This document shows, one piece after another, positions 47,945-64,000 of a DNA stretch of 64,000 nt; the stretch's first letter is position 1, and the number at the start of each line of letters is the position of its first letter. Made by a program: the position numbers and the translations under genes. This DNA comes from the human T2T-CHM13v2.0 reference genome, Homo sapiens, in NCBI RefSeq assembly GCF_009914755.1, contig NC_060926.1; one strand, written 5' to 3'. The notes beneath the pieces were generated by a model. The model worked only from the letters and a program-made list of their open reading frames with translations. It did no database searches and was not told the origin of the DNA.

Positions 47945-49025
47945 GTATAGAACTAGCATTCTCAGTATGAGATAACAGCAGTTTTTAGCAGCTGGGTAGC
48001 CCTTAGCAAAGTATTAATAACTGTGGCTGTATGAAATGAAGTACTTACCACTACAACATGCATGTTAAAGAATGCCAGTTTAAGCAAAGTACCTTTTGAC
48101 TGGTGGCATGACACCCTTGTTGGTTTGTTTTTTAAAATGTACTGGGATGCTGATTTGTAATGTACTTCATTGCTCTGCTATTTCAGGTCTGCTCAATGAA
48201 GACCTATGTTTTATCTAATGTTTATGTTTAGCCACTAACGTCTGCCAGTATTCAAATGTAGTGGCAACGGCATGTATACAATATGGAAGAGTGTCCCTGT
48301 AGGGCTGTTCTTTTGTGCATGGTTTAGAAAAATGTTGTATTTGAAAATGGACCCCGTTTTTAACAGCCAGCATTCTACAGCTTGCATATTATATATGTTG
48401 CACCGATCAATTTTAGAAGTGTGGCTACTAGAGTGGAACAAGAAGTGGGATCTGTTGAAGGCCTTCAAGAACAGGTTAGGGAAGTGAAATCTCACCCTTA
48501 GTGACCAGTAACACATCTTAGCCATGCCAAACAAGTACAATGATAAAGTAGCAATCTCTGATTTTTTTTTTTAAGTATACCAGTTTTATTACTAGCTAAG
48601 GTAGCTCTTAATCTTTTATTTTTAAAGATACGGTCTTTGAGAAATGTGAAAAGTGTTAACTTAAAAGTGGATGTATACTTGCGTACAGTTTCTGTGAGCT
48701 CTAGGTTAGGAATCCCTGACCTAAGAATGAATGTGCCTATATACTACTGTAGAACATAGAGCCTTATTTTGTTTTGAATCTGATAATGTCATTGTCCCAA
48801 GGGACCTTAGAAATGAAGACTTTAGACATGAGTAAACTGAGGCCAAGAGAGGCTATCTGATTTACCCAAGGTGTCTTTACTGAGTAATAGCAGAAGTGGA
48901 ACAAGAATCTGTATCTTACGGTGTACTGTTATTTCTCCTAGCTAGAAAATGATACTAAGTTTTTGTTTATAATGAAGGAGAGGGACAAATTTAACATTGT
49001 AAAAGGAAGGGCACTGGTTCTGCAG

Positions 49026-49530
49026 AGCAGTGTCATCCAGTAGAAATAAAATATAACCTGTGTATGTAATTTAAAATTGTCATTTGGTGCAATGGCTTGT
49101 GCCTATAATCCCAGTTACTTGGGAGGCTGAGGCAGAGGGATCACTTGAGCCCACAAGTTCCAGGCTTTAGTGAACTGTGATCACATCACTGCACTCCAGC
49201 TCTGGGTGACAAAGCAAGACTGCATCTCAAATAAATAAATAAATAAATAAATTTTCTAGTAGCCATATTAAAAAGAATAAAAAGAAACAGTTAAAAAGGG
49301 AAACAGATGAAAGTAACTTTATTGATAGATTTGATTTAACTTATGTCCAAAATATCATTTTAACTTCTAATTAATATAAAAATTAATGATATTTTACATT
49401 ATTGTTTTTCACCAAGTCTTCAAAATCCAGTGTGTGTGTTTACACTTACTGTTAGCACGTCTTGATTTGGACTAGCCACCTTGTGAGGTTTTAATAGAAT
49501 GTGGCTAGGCTACCATATTGGACACCATAG
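49026..49530. mobile_element. MER33-like hAT element interrupted by an Alu monomer (about 49086-49251)
   Basis: cagtgtcatccagtagaaata...ttttctagtagccatatt...tgtggctag.ggctaccatattggaca; monomer with a (TAAA)n tail. Confidence 0.7.
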
Positions 49531-50307
49531 CTCTCAGAATGTTTCCCTATCACTAGTTGGTATACATGGCATGCTTCATGACTGGCTTGCTTTATTAAAC
49601 TCCTTTAGCCAGAAGTTCAGAACAGGTTGCATATAGAAGTTTTTTCTCTTTCTAATTTTTTGCCCTTTGCATTGATGGTGGCTGGGGATGGGTTGTTTTT
49701 AGCCATATGAATGGTCTTAGATTTTATAGTGTTAGCTACCTATAGAGTCACAGTTGTTATTTAATTTTACTTAGTATCATGCTTGAACATAGGCAAACTA
49801 GATGCAACTCTAGTCACCTTCCATTCTTGGCAATTGTTAACTTTCCTTACAGAAACTAATCACAGTTGGCTTTGGATTAGTTTCATATGTATAGTAATAC
49901 TTGCCTATGTTTTAAGATTTTTTTCAATTGCTGCAAATGCATGGATATTTTGGTAAACTATTGTATGCTAAGTATAGTTAGGCAACACTTTAAAATTTTT
50001 AACCTTTATAAATTCTAGAAATTTATAGTAATTCTTTTCAATGACTATTAAGTAAACACAAATTTTTTTTTGTTTTCTTTGGTTTTAAATAGATTCTGTG
50101 TTCACTTAGGGTTTTTGGTAGAACACTAAATCAGGATGCTAATTCTAGTTCATGATTATCATACATCTCTGCATCAAAGTATATGTGTTTTTTATCAGTA
50201 TGCTGTTTTAACCTATAGATAGGTTCCATGGTTTTTATTTTCAGTTAGAGTATTAACGTCAATACTTAATACCTTATCTTTGTCAATTTTTTTGACTGGT
50301 GTTACAG

Positions 50308-50478
50308 CAAAAGAGAAGAAAAAACCTGAAGATTCTCCCTCAGATGATGATGTTCTCATTGTATATGAACTAACTCCAACCGCTGAGCAGAAAGCCCTTG
50401 CAACCAAACTTAAACTTCCTCCAACTTTCTTCTGCTACAAGAATAGACCAGATTATGTTAGTGAAGAAGAGGAGGATG
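50308..50478 (+). CDS. RANBP2: RANBP2 exon 21 (171 nt), IR1 of SUMO E3 ligase
   Basis: ttacag|CAAAAGAG ... GAGGATG|gtaaaa; [30 protein letters not shown]. Confidence 0.96.
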
Positions 50479-51095
50479 GTAAAACTTTTGTTATTTCAAA
50501 AATCCTCTGTTCCCGCTAATCTTAGTAAAATTGGGAGTATGGTTTAATTATTTTAAGCCTGCCTCTTAGAACTTATCACTAATATCCTTGCAGGTAGATA
50601 TTTACCCTAAATGTATGTGTAAATGGTCAATGGATATAGTGATCAAAAGGACTGCAATCATTAAGCAAGCATTTTTTGGATGGCTAATGTGCCAGGCACG
50701 TGTTTTGAGGGGATTTAAAATAATTATAATTTTGCTGGAGTCTTAAAGATGTGGAAGAGAGAGAGAAGGCGGACAAGGTTCCAGTGGAAAACTTTGTATG
50801 CAGTAACAGTTTTTAAGCTGGACAGTTAAATAAAAGTCTCAATAGAATCAGTTGGACAGTGGTATATAGTATTGGGTTATGGGACAAGGAGATCGGAAGA
50901 TGAACTAAAATGAGAGCAGCTCAAACAAGATGAGAGGCTGAGCTAAAGCTCTAGCAGAAAGAGAGGTATTAAAGATATAAAATTGGCTGCAATTCAGATG
51001 TGGAGAGTGAGAAATGGTGAAGTTGGAGGTAGTCCCTAAGCAAGGAAAACCCCCCAAAATTAACTAGAAATTCTTTTAATCAATTGTATTTTAAG

Positions 51096-51188
51096 ATGAA
51101 GATTTCGAAACAGCTGTCAAGAAACTTAATGGAAAACTATATTTGGATGGCTCAGAAAAATGTAGACCCTTGGAAGAAAATACAGCAG
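51096..51188 (+). CDS. RANBP2: RANBP2 exon 22 (93 nt), M region
   Basis: tttaag|ATGAAGAT ... ACAGCAG|gtatgt; [30 protein letters not shown]. Confidence 0.95.
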
Positions 51189-51474
51189 GTATGTTAAGTG
51201 TAAAGGACATTTATAATGCTTTTAACAAGTCTTCTATTTAGAAGGAATAACCTAGTCTGATAATTTCTATAATTATCGATTTTACGATGCCCATGGTGAT
51301 TTAAAAAACTTAAAACTAACAGGTGAAAATATTCTTTTCTGGGTGGTCCTTGTTTTTCATTAGTATGTACAGGTCTTGTTACCTGGGTCTGTGGATTATG
51401 TTGATGACTACCATTGTTGTAGAGAAGTTGGGCTTCATCTAATTTCGTTTGCTTGTGTTGTACTGATTTTTCAG

Positions 51475-51653
51475 ATAATGAGAAAGAATGTATTATTGTT
51501 TGGGAAAAGAAACCAACAGTTGAAGAGAAGGCAAAAGCAGATACGTTAAAACTTCCACCTACATTTTTTTGTGGAGTCTGTAGTGATACTGATGAAGACA
51601 ATGGAAATGGGGAAGACTTTCAATCAGAGCTTCAAAAAGTTCAGGAAGCTCAA
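51475..51653 (+). CDS. RANBP2: RANBP2 exon 23 (179 nt), IR2
   Basis: tttcag|ATAATGAG ... GCTCAA|gtaaga; [30 protein letters not shown]. Confidence 0.96.
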
Positions 51654-51727
51654 GTAAGAACATCTCTAATAAATTTTCCTTCTAGTTCCATTGCCTTTGT
51701 TGATGCAGTAAACTTTAGAATGTTCTT

Positions 51728-53611
<1,884 letters not shown>

Positions 53612-54338
53612 TAAAAAAAGCTTAAATTATGAATTTAAGATCATTCTTTATTTCTAGTATAAGTATTTAATTCTATAAGTTTCCTTCTAAGCACTTCCTA
53701 GCTGCAACTGGCAAGTTTTAATATGTGATATTTTCTCTTTCATGCAGTTTGAAATATTTTATTTTCCTTGAGACGTTCTTTTTGATCTGTACGTTAGATG
53801 CTACTGTGCCATTTCCAAATATTTGGTGATTTTCCTTCTGTATATCATTCTCTTATTGATTTCTAGTTTAATTCCTTTATGGTTTATGAAAATATTTTGA
53901 ATAATTTCAGTTCTCTTAAATGTTGTGAGGTCTGTCTTGGTGAATGTCTTCTGTGCACTTGAGAAGAAAGTAGAGTCTCTTTTTTTGCTGACATTGTGCC
54001 ATTGGCAGTTCCAGTTTTTTTGGGCTGCTGTAGCACCCAGGCTGGGTTACAGGAGTGGCAGAAAAACTCCGTGTGGATCTTAACCTCCAGATTATCTCTC
54101 TGGTCCCAAGATCCTTATTCTTCCTGTTTTTATCCACCTTTCTAAGGCTTCTTAGAGGTGCTCTGTATGTTTCAGTGTAGGCATTTAGTTATAGGTTTTG
54201 AGGAGAGATAGGGTGAAGTGTGTTTATTCTATCTTCTCCAGAAGCCCAAGTTCTCAATTCCCTTTGAAATAGATTATATAATCTGTTTTGTAAATTAGCA
54301 TTTAAGTGGCATAGTATTTTGTGACTTCCTCTTTGCAG

Positions 54339-54543
54339 AAATCTCAGACAGAAGAAATAACTAGCACAACTGACAGTGTATATACAGGTGGGACTGAAGT
54401 GATGGTACCTTCTTTCTGTAAATCTGAAGAACCTGATTCTATTACCAAATCCATTAGTTCACCATCTGTTTCCTCTGAAACTATGGACAAACCTGTAGAT
54501 TTGTCAACTAGAAAGGAAATTGATACAGATTCTACAAGCCAAG
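54339..54543 (+). CDS. RANBP2: RANBP2 exon 24 (205 nt)
   Basis: ttgcag|AAATCT ... AGCCAAG|gtaaat; [13 protein letters not shown]...TDSTSQ. Confidence 0.96.
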
Positions 54544-55735
54544 GTAAATCTTGATATATGTTTATCATGTGTTACATAAGGGACACCTTATATTTGAGAA
54601 GATAGACTTTTAAAGGCTGATCCTGAAAACTCCCTTTAAAACACATTTTGATATGTATAAAGGGGCATCTTAGTAGTAGTAGTAATAATAACCAGAAAAA
54701 TTATACTGTGTTGCCAACAAATAAACATGTTTTTATTGATAGAGTTGTGGTTATTAGGGAATACAAAGCATTATGATTCTGACCTATTTTCCTGAGTTTA
54801 AAAGACAATAGTGTTGTTACATGTAATTTCCTTTGTGATAGTGTTTTCATTTAAATATTGTTTGAATTATATTATCACTCAAGCATATTCAAAGTGTTTT
54901 AATTATGAAGGAATTGTAGAAATATTACGGATTTAAGAAAGTTTTATGGTACTACTTAAATGTTTCTTATTTTCTCTAATACTTTTAAAGCTTGTTAAAT
55001 TAATTATTCAGTTACAGTAACATATTTGGTATTGCTTTCTCTCTTTTTCATTTCGATTTTGGGGATGGAAGTGGGAAGTTTAAGTTGTATTGCTTTGTGT
55101 ACCTTACCTACTTTTTAAAAATAGCCTTCAGTGTCACAAATATTACATTTATAGGCATTTGAGAGTCTTAATGTGCTAAAAGAGGAAGACGACTTCATAC
55201 CTAAAACCTCATACATTTTCATATGAGGAAAATAAGGCATGGGGCTTTCAGAGATCATGCAGCTTCACATTAGCAGAATTAAGAGAAGACCGCAAAAGTC
55301 CTTATGACGAAGTGTAAATGAGACATTTGGTTTTTATGAGCTTATTTATAGTACAGAACACAAAAAGTTTTTATACAGATGTTTCCTAAAACCCTGCCTT
55401 TGACTGAATGCTTGCTTTAGAGTATAGTAGGCTCCATAGAGCAGAAACTGTAGTTTAATATCTGGCTTAATATAGATAGCTCTCCTTCTCATTTATAAAA
55501 AATAATTTTTGGCATGCATTTGGTGTAGTATTGTAGTATTCTTTGTGAATAGCACCTGTAAAATTAGTAATACTGAAGTAGCTCAGAATTGGATGTATTT
55601 TGTAACTTGACAGAATTTAAATAACTCCCCTCATCCCAGAGTATACAAGTCTCTACTGTTCTCTCTAGGTCCTGGGTAAAGCTTTGATATTCAGCACAAA
55701 TTAAATAGTAAATTGTTCTTTTTTTCTTTTGCCAG

Positions 55736-55837
55736 GGGAAAGCAAGATAGTTTCATTTGGATTTGGAAGTAGCACAGGGCTCTCATTTGCAGACTTGGCT
55801 TCCAGTAATTCTGGAGATTTTGCTTTTGGTTCTAAAG
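55736..55837 (+). CDS. RANBP2: RANBP2 exon 25 (102 nt), FG-rich
   Basis: tgccag|GGGAAAGC ... TCTAAAG|gtaaga; [33 protein letters not shown]. Confidence 0.96.
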
Positions 55838-57329
55838 GTAAGATCAAGAGGAGAGACTTTTAATGACATTGTTACAGAATCAAGCACAACTGAAAAACTA
55901 GTTTTTTGTTGCAGTATATAACTAAGTTAGAAGTTTCTTCCCTTACCCCCCAGTTTGTTTTAGTGTTTTAATAATGAAGGGCTTCTACACTTTATTTTTT
56001 GACGTCAATATAATCTTAAGAATTTTCTCTTAATTTTATATAAGCCATGCTGATAGTCCTCCCCATTCTGAAATGCAGAACCATTTTTGAGCTTTGGAAT
56101 GACTCTGACTTTGATCCTTACTCTTTTAACTATACTTTCATATGTGATTTGTTAATATTTCAGGTTTTGTGAGTTTATACTTTTTAAGGATATGATTTTG
56201 TAGTTTTCTTTTTTGTACTATCTTTGGATTTCAGTATTAGGGTTGTGCTAATTTATTGTGCTAAGTTTATAATTGGTGTGCTTGCCCATCTTCTTTAGTG
56301 GAGTTTCTATTTTTAATCCATTTTGGTAACATTTCTAGAAAAGAATCCATTTCCCTGATTGTATCCGGTTTACTAGTGTAAGGCCATCCATTATATTTTT
56401 TCATTCTTGTAATATCTTTCACATTGCTCTTTATAGCACCCCTTAAATAGTTCTAGTACAAGGTGTTTGATTTATGGAATACATTTTATTGAGGATATGT
56501 GCTTAAATGATTAATGCAGTTCAGAATTCTGTTCTTTCCTCCTCTATATTTGCACTTTTTTCACAGCTCCTGCCACCTAGAAACACATAAAACTTTTAGA
56601 AATTACCTTCAGATGTGATGTTATGTTGGAATTCATGGCTTCACTGATGTCGTTTATTTTTAATTTATGAAATAGCCTGAAATCAAAGGGTAATGTGTCA
56701 GTAAATAAGCAATATAGTAGGTACACTTACACAAAAAAAATCCCAAAAAAATAGATAGGCTCCTTGTTACTCAGTGTAGCCTCTTTGAAGTATTATGTCA
56801 ATATTGGACACTAAAGTGAAAAGTAGGCAGTACTCACATATCGGGAGGAAACCATGCCTAAATAAGCCTTATGCATTAACATTCACTTCTCACTACCACT
56901 TGTCATTTTTATTCACCAAGCTCTTGTGTATTGAATGCTTACTTTAGTTAATTTAGATTGTGCTTGTTAAAAATAGTATTTGAAACTGTAAATGCCTTGC
57001 AGTCAGTTTTGTTTGTATCCACAGGTTTTCATAGGGAATCTTTATACTTTTGTAAATTTCCAGATAATTTAGAGTTTCAATCTTATTTTCTCTAATGTCT
57101 CAAAGCTTGCCAAATTAATTATTCACTTACAGTAACATTACTGTAGGCCCAGTTATGACCTGTGAGACCCAGATATTGATATATTACAAATACTTTTACA
57201 AGTGGGTGATTCTAATGTGTTCCCAGGGTAGAGAACCACTATTTTGAAATAATTTTGAATTCTTCTGCCACATGTCCCTTGGGGTTATTTTTTAAATTTT
57301 TGCTTTTGGCAAAAAAGTTGCTGAACAAT

Positions 57330-59727
<2,398 letters not shown>

Positions 59728-59874
59728 GAATTTACTAGAATAATATAATTTTAAACATTTAAAATTGATGTACATATTACATCATCAGGAATTAGAGGGA
59801 TTGATAAAATAAGAGGGGGATGAAAAATGTAAAAAATAGATACTAGTGTTTAAATATCCTGATTTATTCATCAG

Positions 59875-60035
59875 ATAAAAATTTCCAATGGGCAAATACT
59901 GGAGCAGCTGTGTTTGGAACACAGTCAGTCGGAACCCAGTCAGCCGGTAAAGTTGGTGAAGATGAAGATGGTAGTGATGAAGAAGTAGTTCATAATGAAG
60001 ATATCCATTTTGAACCAATAGTGTCACTACCAGAG
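59875..60035 (+). CDS. RANBP2: RANBP2 exon 26 (161 nt), start of RBD4
   Basis: catcag|ATAAAAAT ... CCAGAG|gtaaat; [14 protein letters not shown]...[11 protein letters not shown]. Confidence 0.96.
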
Positions 60036-60733
60036 GTAAATGTTAAGGAATTAACCTTTTACTAATAACTTATTTTTCATTTTTAAGTTTTACCCTGGCT
60101 TGATCTGTCAGGGTATAATTGTTTGCATTTAAGAATGTTTACTGTTTGAAATGGAAGCTCTATTTATTAGATGTCTAGCCTTTAAGTATAAATTATCTTT
60201 TTACAGTTTTTACATAAATATTGGTTTGTAAATTCTATATGTAATTATTGGTAAGAAATAATTTTTTCTTATGTTTCTAGAATATCATGTTTGTTTTTAT
60301 AACATGATTCTGGGGAAAAATTAACCTCATACTCACTAAAGTCCTTTCAATAAATGTTAACCTTGTATGTTTTTTGGACAAGAACATTGTTCTAGGAAAA
60401 TTACTTTGTCATTTTTTAACCTCAGTCAGTAGCTAATATTTCTCTTCAGTAGCAAACACTTTTGAAACCTCTCTGTCCTATAAAGAAAAGCATTTAATTT
60501 CCAAAGGGAAAATGAATATTATATAAAAGAAAATGTTTAATGATAAATCAGGTCTTTACTCCCTCAGCCAAATCAGATATATTCCTAGCCCTAAGATATA
60601 TAACCAGTTATCACATTAACAAATTCTCTTTGTCATCACAAAGAAAATGCCTTAAAAGAATTTGGATCTTTGAAATTTGTCATGGAATTTATTATAAGCA
60701 GCAGCTTATAGAGAATTTCATCTCCTATTATAG

Positions 60734-61007
60734 GTAGAAGTAAAATCTGGAGAAGAAGATGAAGAAATTTTGTTTAAAGAGAGAGCCAAACTTTATAGAT
60801 GGGATCGGGATGTCAGTCAGTGGAAGGAGCGCGGTGTTGGAGATATAAAGATTCTTTGGCATACAATGAAGAATTATTACCGGATCCTAATGAGAAGAGA
60901 CCAGGTTTTTAAAGTGTGTGCAAACCACGTTATTACTAAAACAATGGAATTAAAGCCCTTAAATGTTTCAAATAATGCTTTAGTTTGGACTGCCTCAGAT
61001 TATGCTG
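60734..61007 (+). CDS. RANBP2: RANBP2 exon 27 (274 nt), RBD4
   Basis: ttatag|GTAGAA ... TATGCTG|gtgagt; [26 protein letters not shown]...WTASDYA. Confidence 0.96.
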
Positions 61008-61133
61008 GTGAGTTTTTACATTCAAATGCTACTTTTCATTTTTTGGACTTTTCTAAAATCTATAACAAACAAAACAACTTATAACAGTTATTTTAATACT
61101 AAGGTCACTGCTTCCCCTTTCCCTCCCTGCCAG

Positions 61134-61468
61134 ATGGAGAAGCAAAAGTAGAACAGCTTGCAGTGAGATTTAAAACTAAAGAAGTAGCTGATTGTTTCAA
61201 GAAAACATTTGAAGAATGTCAGCAGAATTTAATGAAACTCCAGAAAGGACATGTATCACTGGCAGCAGAATTATCAAAGGAGACCAATCCTGTGGTGTTT
61301 TTTGATGTTTGTGCGGACGGTGAACCTCTAGGGCGGATAACTATGGAATTATTTTCAAACATTGTTCCTCGGACTGCTGAGAACTTCAGAGCACTATGCA
61401 CTGGAGAGAAAGGCTTTGGTTTCAAGAATTCCATTTTTCACAGAGTAATTCCAGATTTTGTTTGCCAA
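61134..61468 (+). CDS. RANBP2: RANBP2 exon 28 (335 nt), end of RBD4 and start of cyclophilin domain
   Basis: tgccag|ATGGAGAA ... TGCCAA|gtaggt; [18 protein letters not shown]...[11 protein letters not shown]. Confidence 0.96.
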
Positions 61469-61661
61469 GTAGGTATTATTAAGTACATACCACAATTGAG
61501 GTCTTGAAGAGTGCACCACACTAATGGGAAATTTGAGTGTTTTTCCTTGACCTCATCCTGTAGTTTTGTTAAAGATTTCTTTAGGTTTTCCACACATGGA
61601 ATCACATGGCATCACTACCCATTCCCTGCTCCTGCCTAAAACTTTCAACCTAAAATAATTG

Positions 61662-61936
61662 AGGCTGGGCACAATGACTCATACCTGTAATTCCAGCACT
61701 TTAGGAGGCCAAGGCAGGCAGATTGCTTGAGCCCCGGAATTTGAGACCAGCCTGGGTAACATGGCAAAAATCTCGTCTGGACAAAAAAATACAAAAATTA
61801 GCCAGGTGTGGTGGTGTGCGTCTGTGATCCCAGCTACAAGGAAGCTGAGGTGGGAGCATCCAGGAGGCCAAGGCTGCAGTGAGCTAGGTTTGCACCACTG
61901 CACTCCATCCTGGGCGACAGAGTGAGACAGCCTGTC

Positions 61937-61968
<32 letters not shown>
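61662..61968 (+). mobile_element. Alu in the last intron
   Basis: Sense Alu with an A tail of about 29 nt. Confidence 0.9.
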
Positions 61969-61971
<3 letters not shown>

Positions 61972-62201
61972 AATTTTCAGTACTTGAGATCTAGTAGAAA
62001 CTAAGGGATGGGAAAAACCTTTTCATTTTTCATCTTCTTTCCAACAATATGAATTTCTTAGTTTTCAAACTATACTCAGGAAAGCTGGGCTTTAGGATTT
62101 AACATGTAGTGATGAGTTCTGTGTGTATTTTAATATTTTACTCAGGATTCCTATTAATTGAAAAAAATTTTTAACTTTTTTATTATAAATCTTTTTTTCA
62201 G

Positions 62202-62507
62202 GGAGGAGATATCACCAAACATGATGGAACAGGCGGACAGTCCATTTATGGAGACAAATTTGAAGATGAAAATTTTGATGTGAAACATACTGGTCCTGGT
62301 TTACTATCCATGGCCAATCAAGGCCAGAATACCAATAATTCTCAATTTGTTATAACACTGAAGAAAGCAGAACATTTGGACTTTAAGCATGTAGTATTTG
62401 GGTTTGTTAAGGATGGCATGGATACTGTGAAAAAGATTGAATCATTTGGTTCTCCCAAAGGGTCTGTTTGTCGAAGAATAACTATCACAGAATGTGGACA
62501 GATATAA
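62202..62507 (+). CDS. RANBP2: RANBP2 exon 29 coding part (306 nt), cyclophilin domain and stop
   Basis: tttcag|GGAGGAGAT; [17 protein letters not shown]...ITITECGQI then TAA at 62505-62507. Confidence 0.97.
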   Translation, partial: GGDITKHDGTGGQSIYGDKFEDENFDVKHTGPGLLSMANQGQNTNNSQFVITLKKAEHLDFKHVVFGFVKDGMDTVKKIESFGSPKGSVCRRITITECGQI

Positions 62508-64000
62508 AATCATTGTTGTTCATAGAAAATTTCATCTGTATAAGCAGTTGGATTGAAGCTTAGCTATTACAATTTGATAGTTATGTTCAGCTTTTGAAAA
62601 TGGACGTTTCCGATTTACAAATGTAAAATTGCAGCTTATAGCTGTTGTCACTTTTTAATGTGTTATAATTGACCTTGCATGGTGTGAAATAAAAGTTTAA
62701 ACACTGGTGTATTTCAGGTGTACTTGTGTTTATGTACTCCTGACGTATTAAAATGGAATAATACTAATCTTGTTAAAAGCAATAGACCTCAAACTATTGA
62801 AGGAATATGATATATGCAATTTAATTTTAATTCCTTTTAAGATATTTGGACTTCCTGCATGGATATACTTACCATTTGAATAAAGGGACCACAACTTGGA
62901 TAATTTAATTTTAGGTTTGAAATATATTTGGTAATCTTAACTATTGGTGTACTCATTTATGCATAGAGACTCGTTTATGAATGGGTAGAGCCACAGAACG
63001 TATAGAGTTAACCAAAGTGCTCTTCTCTAGAATCTTTACACCTCCTGTGTGGTTACAAGTTAACTTTGTAAGTAGCGTACCTTCCTTCCTTAAAATATCT
63101 AGCTTCCTGTGCCCTTTCATAGATATTCGATTAATTTTTACATTTTAAACAAGTTGACTATTTCCTTTAGGGGTTTTGTTTCAAACTTTTCTGTCATCTG
63201 TCTCTACTACCTCAGAAACTGCAGCTTGGTTCTGATGATAGAAATTGAATTTTTCCTTGTAGTTATTGTGATAAAGTATGAATATTTTTAGAAAGTCTAT
63301 ACCATGTTCTTTCGTTAAAGATTTGCTTTATACAAGATTGTTGCAGTACCTTTTTCTGGTAAATTTTGTAGCAGAAATAAAATGACAATTCCTAAGAGCC
63401 ACTGACATCCAAAAAATTCATTACTTACGCTTCGGGTTCATTCTAAAGTAAGGAAGACAATTTAAAGGCAGTAAATTCAAACTGCTGCATAATTTCCAGA
63501 GCTCCTAGTTTCTCAAGTTTGATACACACCAAAAACGTATTTGGAAATGGCTTGTATCAAATGTTAGGCAAATTGCTAAAGAAAAGAGGATGTTCTTATT
63601 GGCCTACTCAATATGGAACTACAAAGAATCCAGGTAGAACACAAAATTTTGTATATTGCAATTATGAATATTGACTGTCTTCCACCCATCTGTGTTCTTT
63701 CGGGTGAAATTACCTCATTTTATTTAGTGAGGAAAGACAGGTTTATTCCCTGTTACATGGGGATTTGGAAATTGGGTATCCTAAAGCAAGTAACTGTTCA
63801 ACCACCAGTCAAAAGAGGGGAGGGATGTTGTGCGAGTAATGAGTGATGGTATACCATCACCATTCCACTCGGCCACAAAGCCAGATACTTGAAATAAACC
63901 TACTCCAAATGTATCAGTTCAGTCTTGAACCATGGATTACATATGTTTACACTAAATATTTCAAATTGGCTTATTTGGAAATCTATGTAATATAAACTGA
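62508..64000 (+). other. RANBP2: RANBP2 3' UTR (AT-rich, no Alu; may continue past the window)
   Basis: Follows the stop codon and carries several AATAAA/ATTAAA hexamers. Confidence 0.8.
62688..62735 (+). terminator. Proximal polyadenylation signal with GU-rich downstream element
   Basis: AATAAA at 62688-62693, then ggtgtatttcaggtgtacttgtgtttatgt. Confidence 0.7.

Overview
This is human (primate) genomic DNA, not prokaryotic. The window holds most of the RANBP2 (Nup358) gene on the + strand: coding exons 2-29 and the start of the 3' UTR, with exon 1 upstream of the window. I placed 28 exons by GT-AG boundaries. They join in frame into 9603 nt ending at TAA 62505-62507. Adding the 72 coding nt of exon 1 (from recall, not visible here) gives the known 3224-aa protein. 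Domains are the N-terminal helical domain, RBD1, 8 zinc fingers, RBD2, RBD3, the IR1-M-IR2 SUMO E3 ligase, RBD4 and a cyclophilin domain. Introns are rich in Alus and also carry SVA, MER44, MER85, Tigger4, MER58, MER33, L1 and MIR elements. I found no wholly new biological system. The most notable non-obvious structures are: (1) an SVA insertion carrying a 3' transduction; (2) an ancient antisense RPS3A retropseudogene, tandemly duplicated in intron 18; (3) a MIR-derived alternative last exon that would give a protein of about 904 aa with only the N-terminal region; (4) an in-frame 78-nt cassette exon followed by RBFOX/QKI motifs; (5) nucleotide-identical 177-bp zinc-finger repeats and a perfect internal 5' splice site in the 5152-nt exon 20. 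Repeat family names come from recalled consensus sequences and repeat boundaries are approximate.
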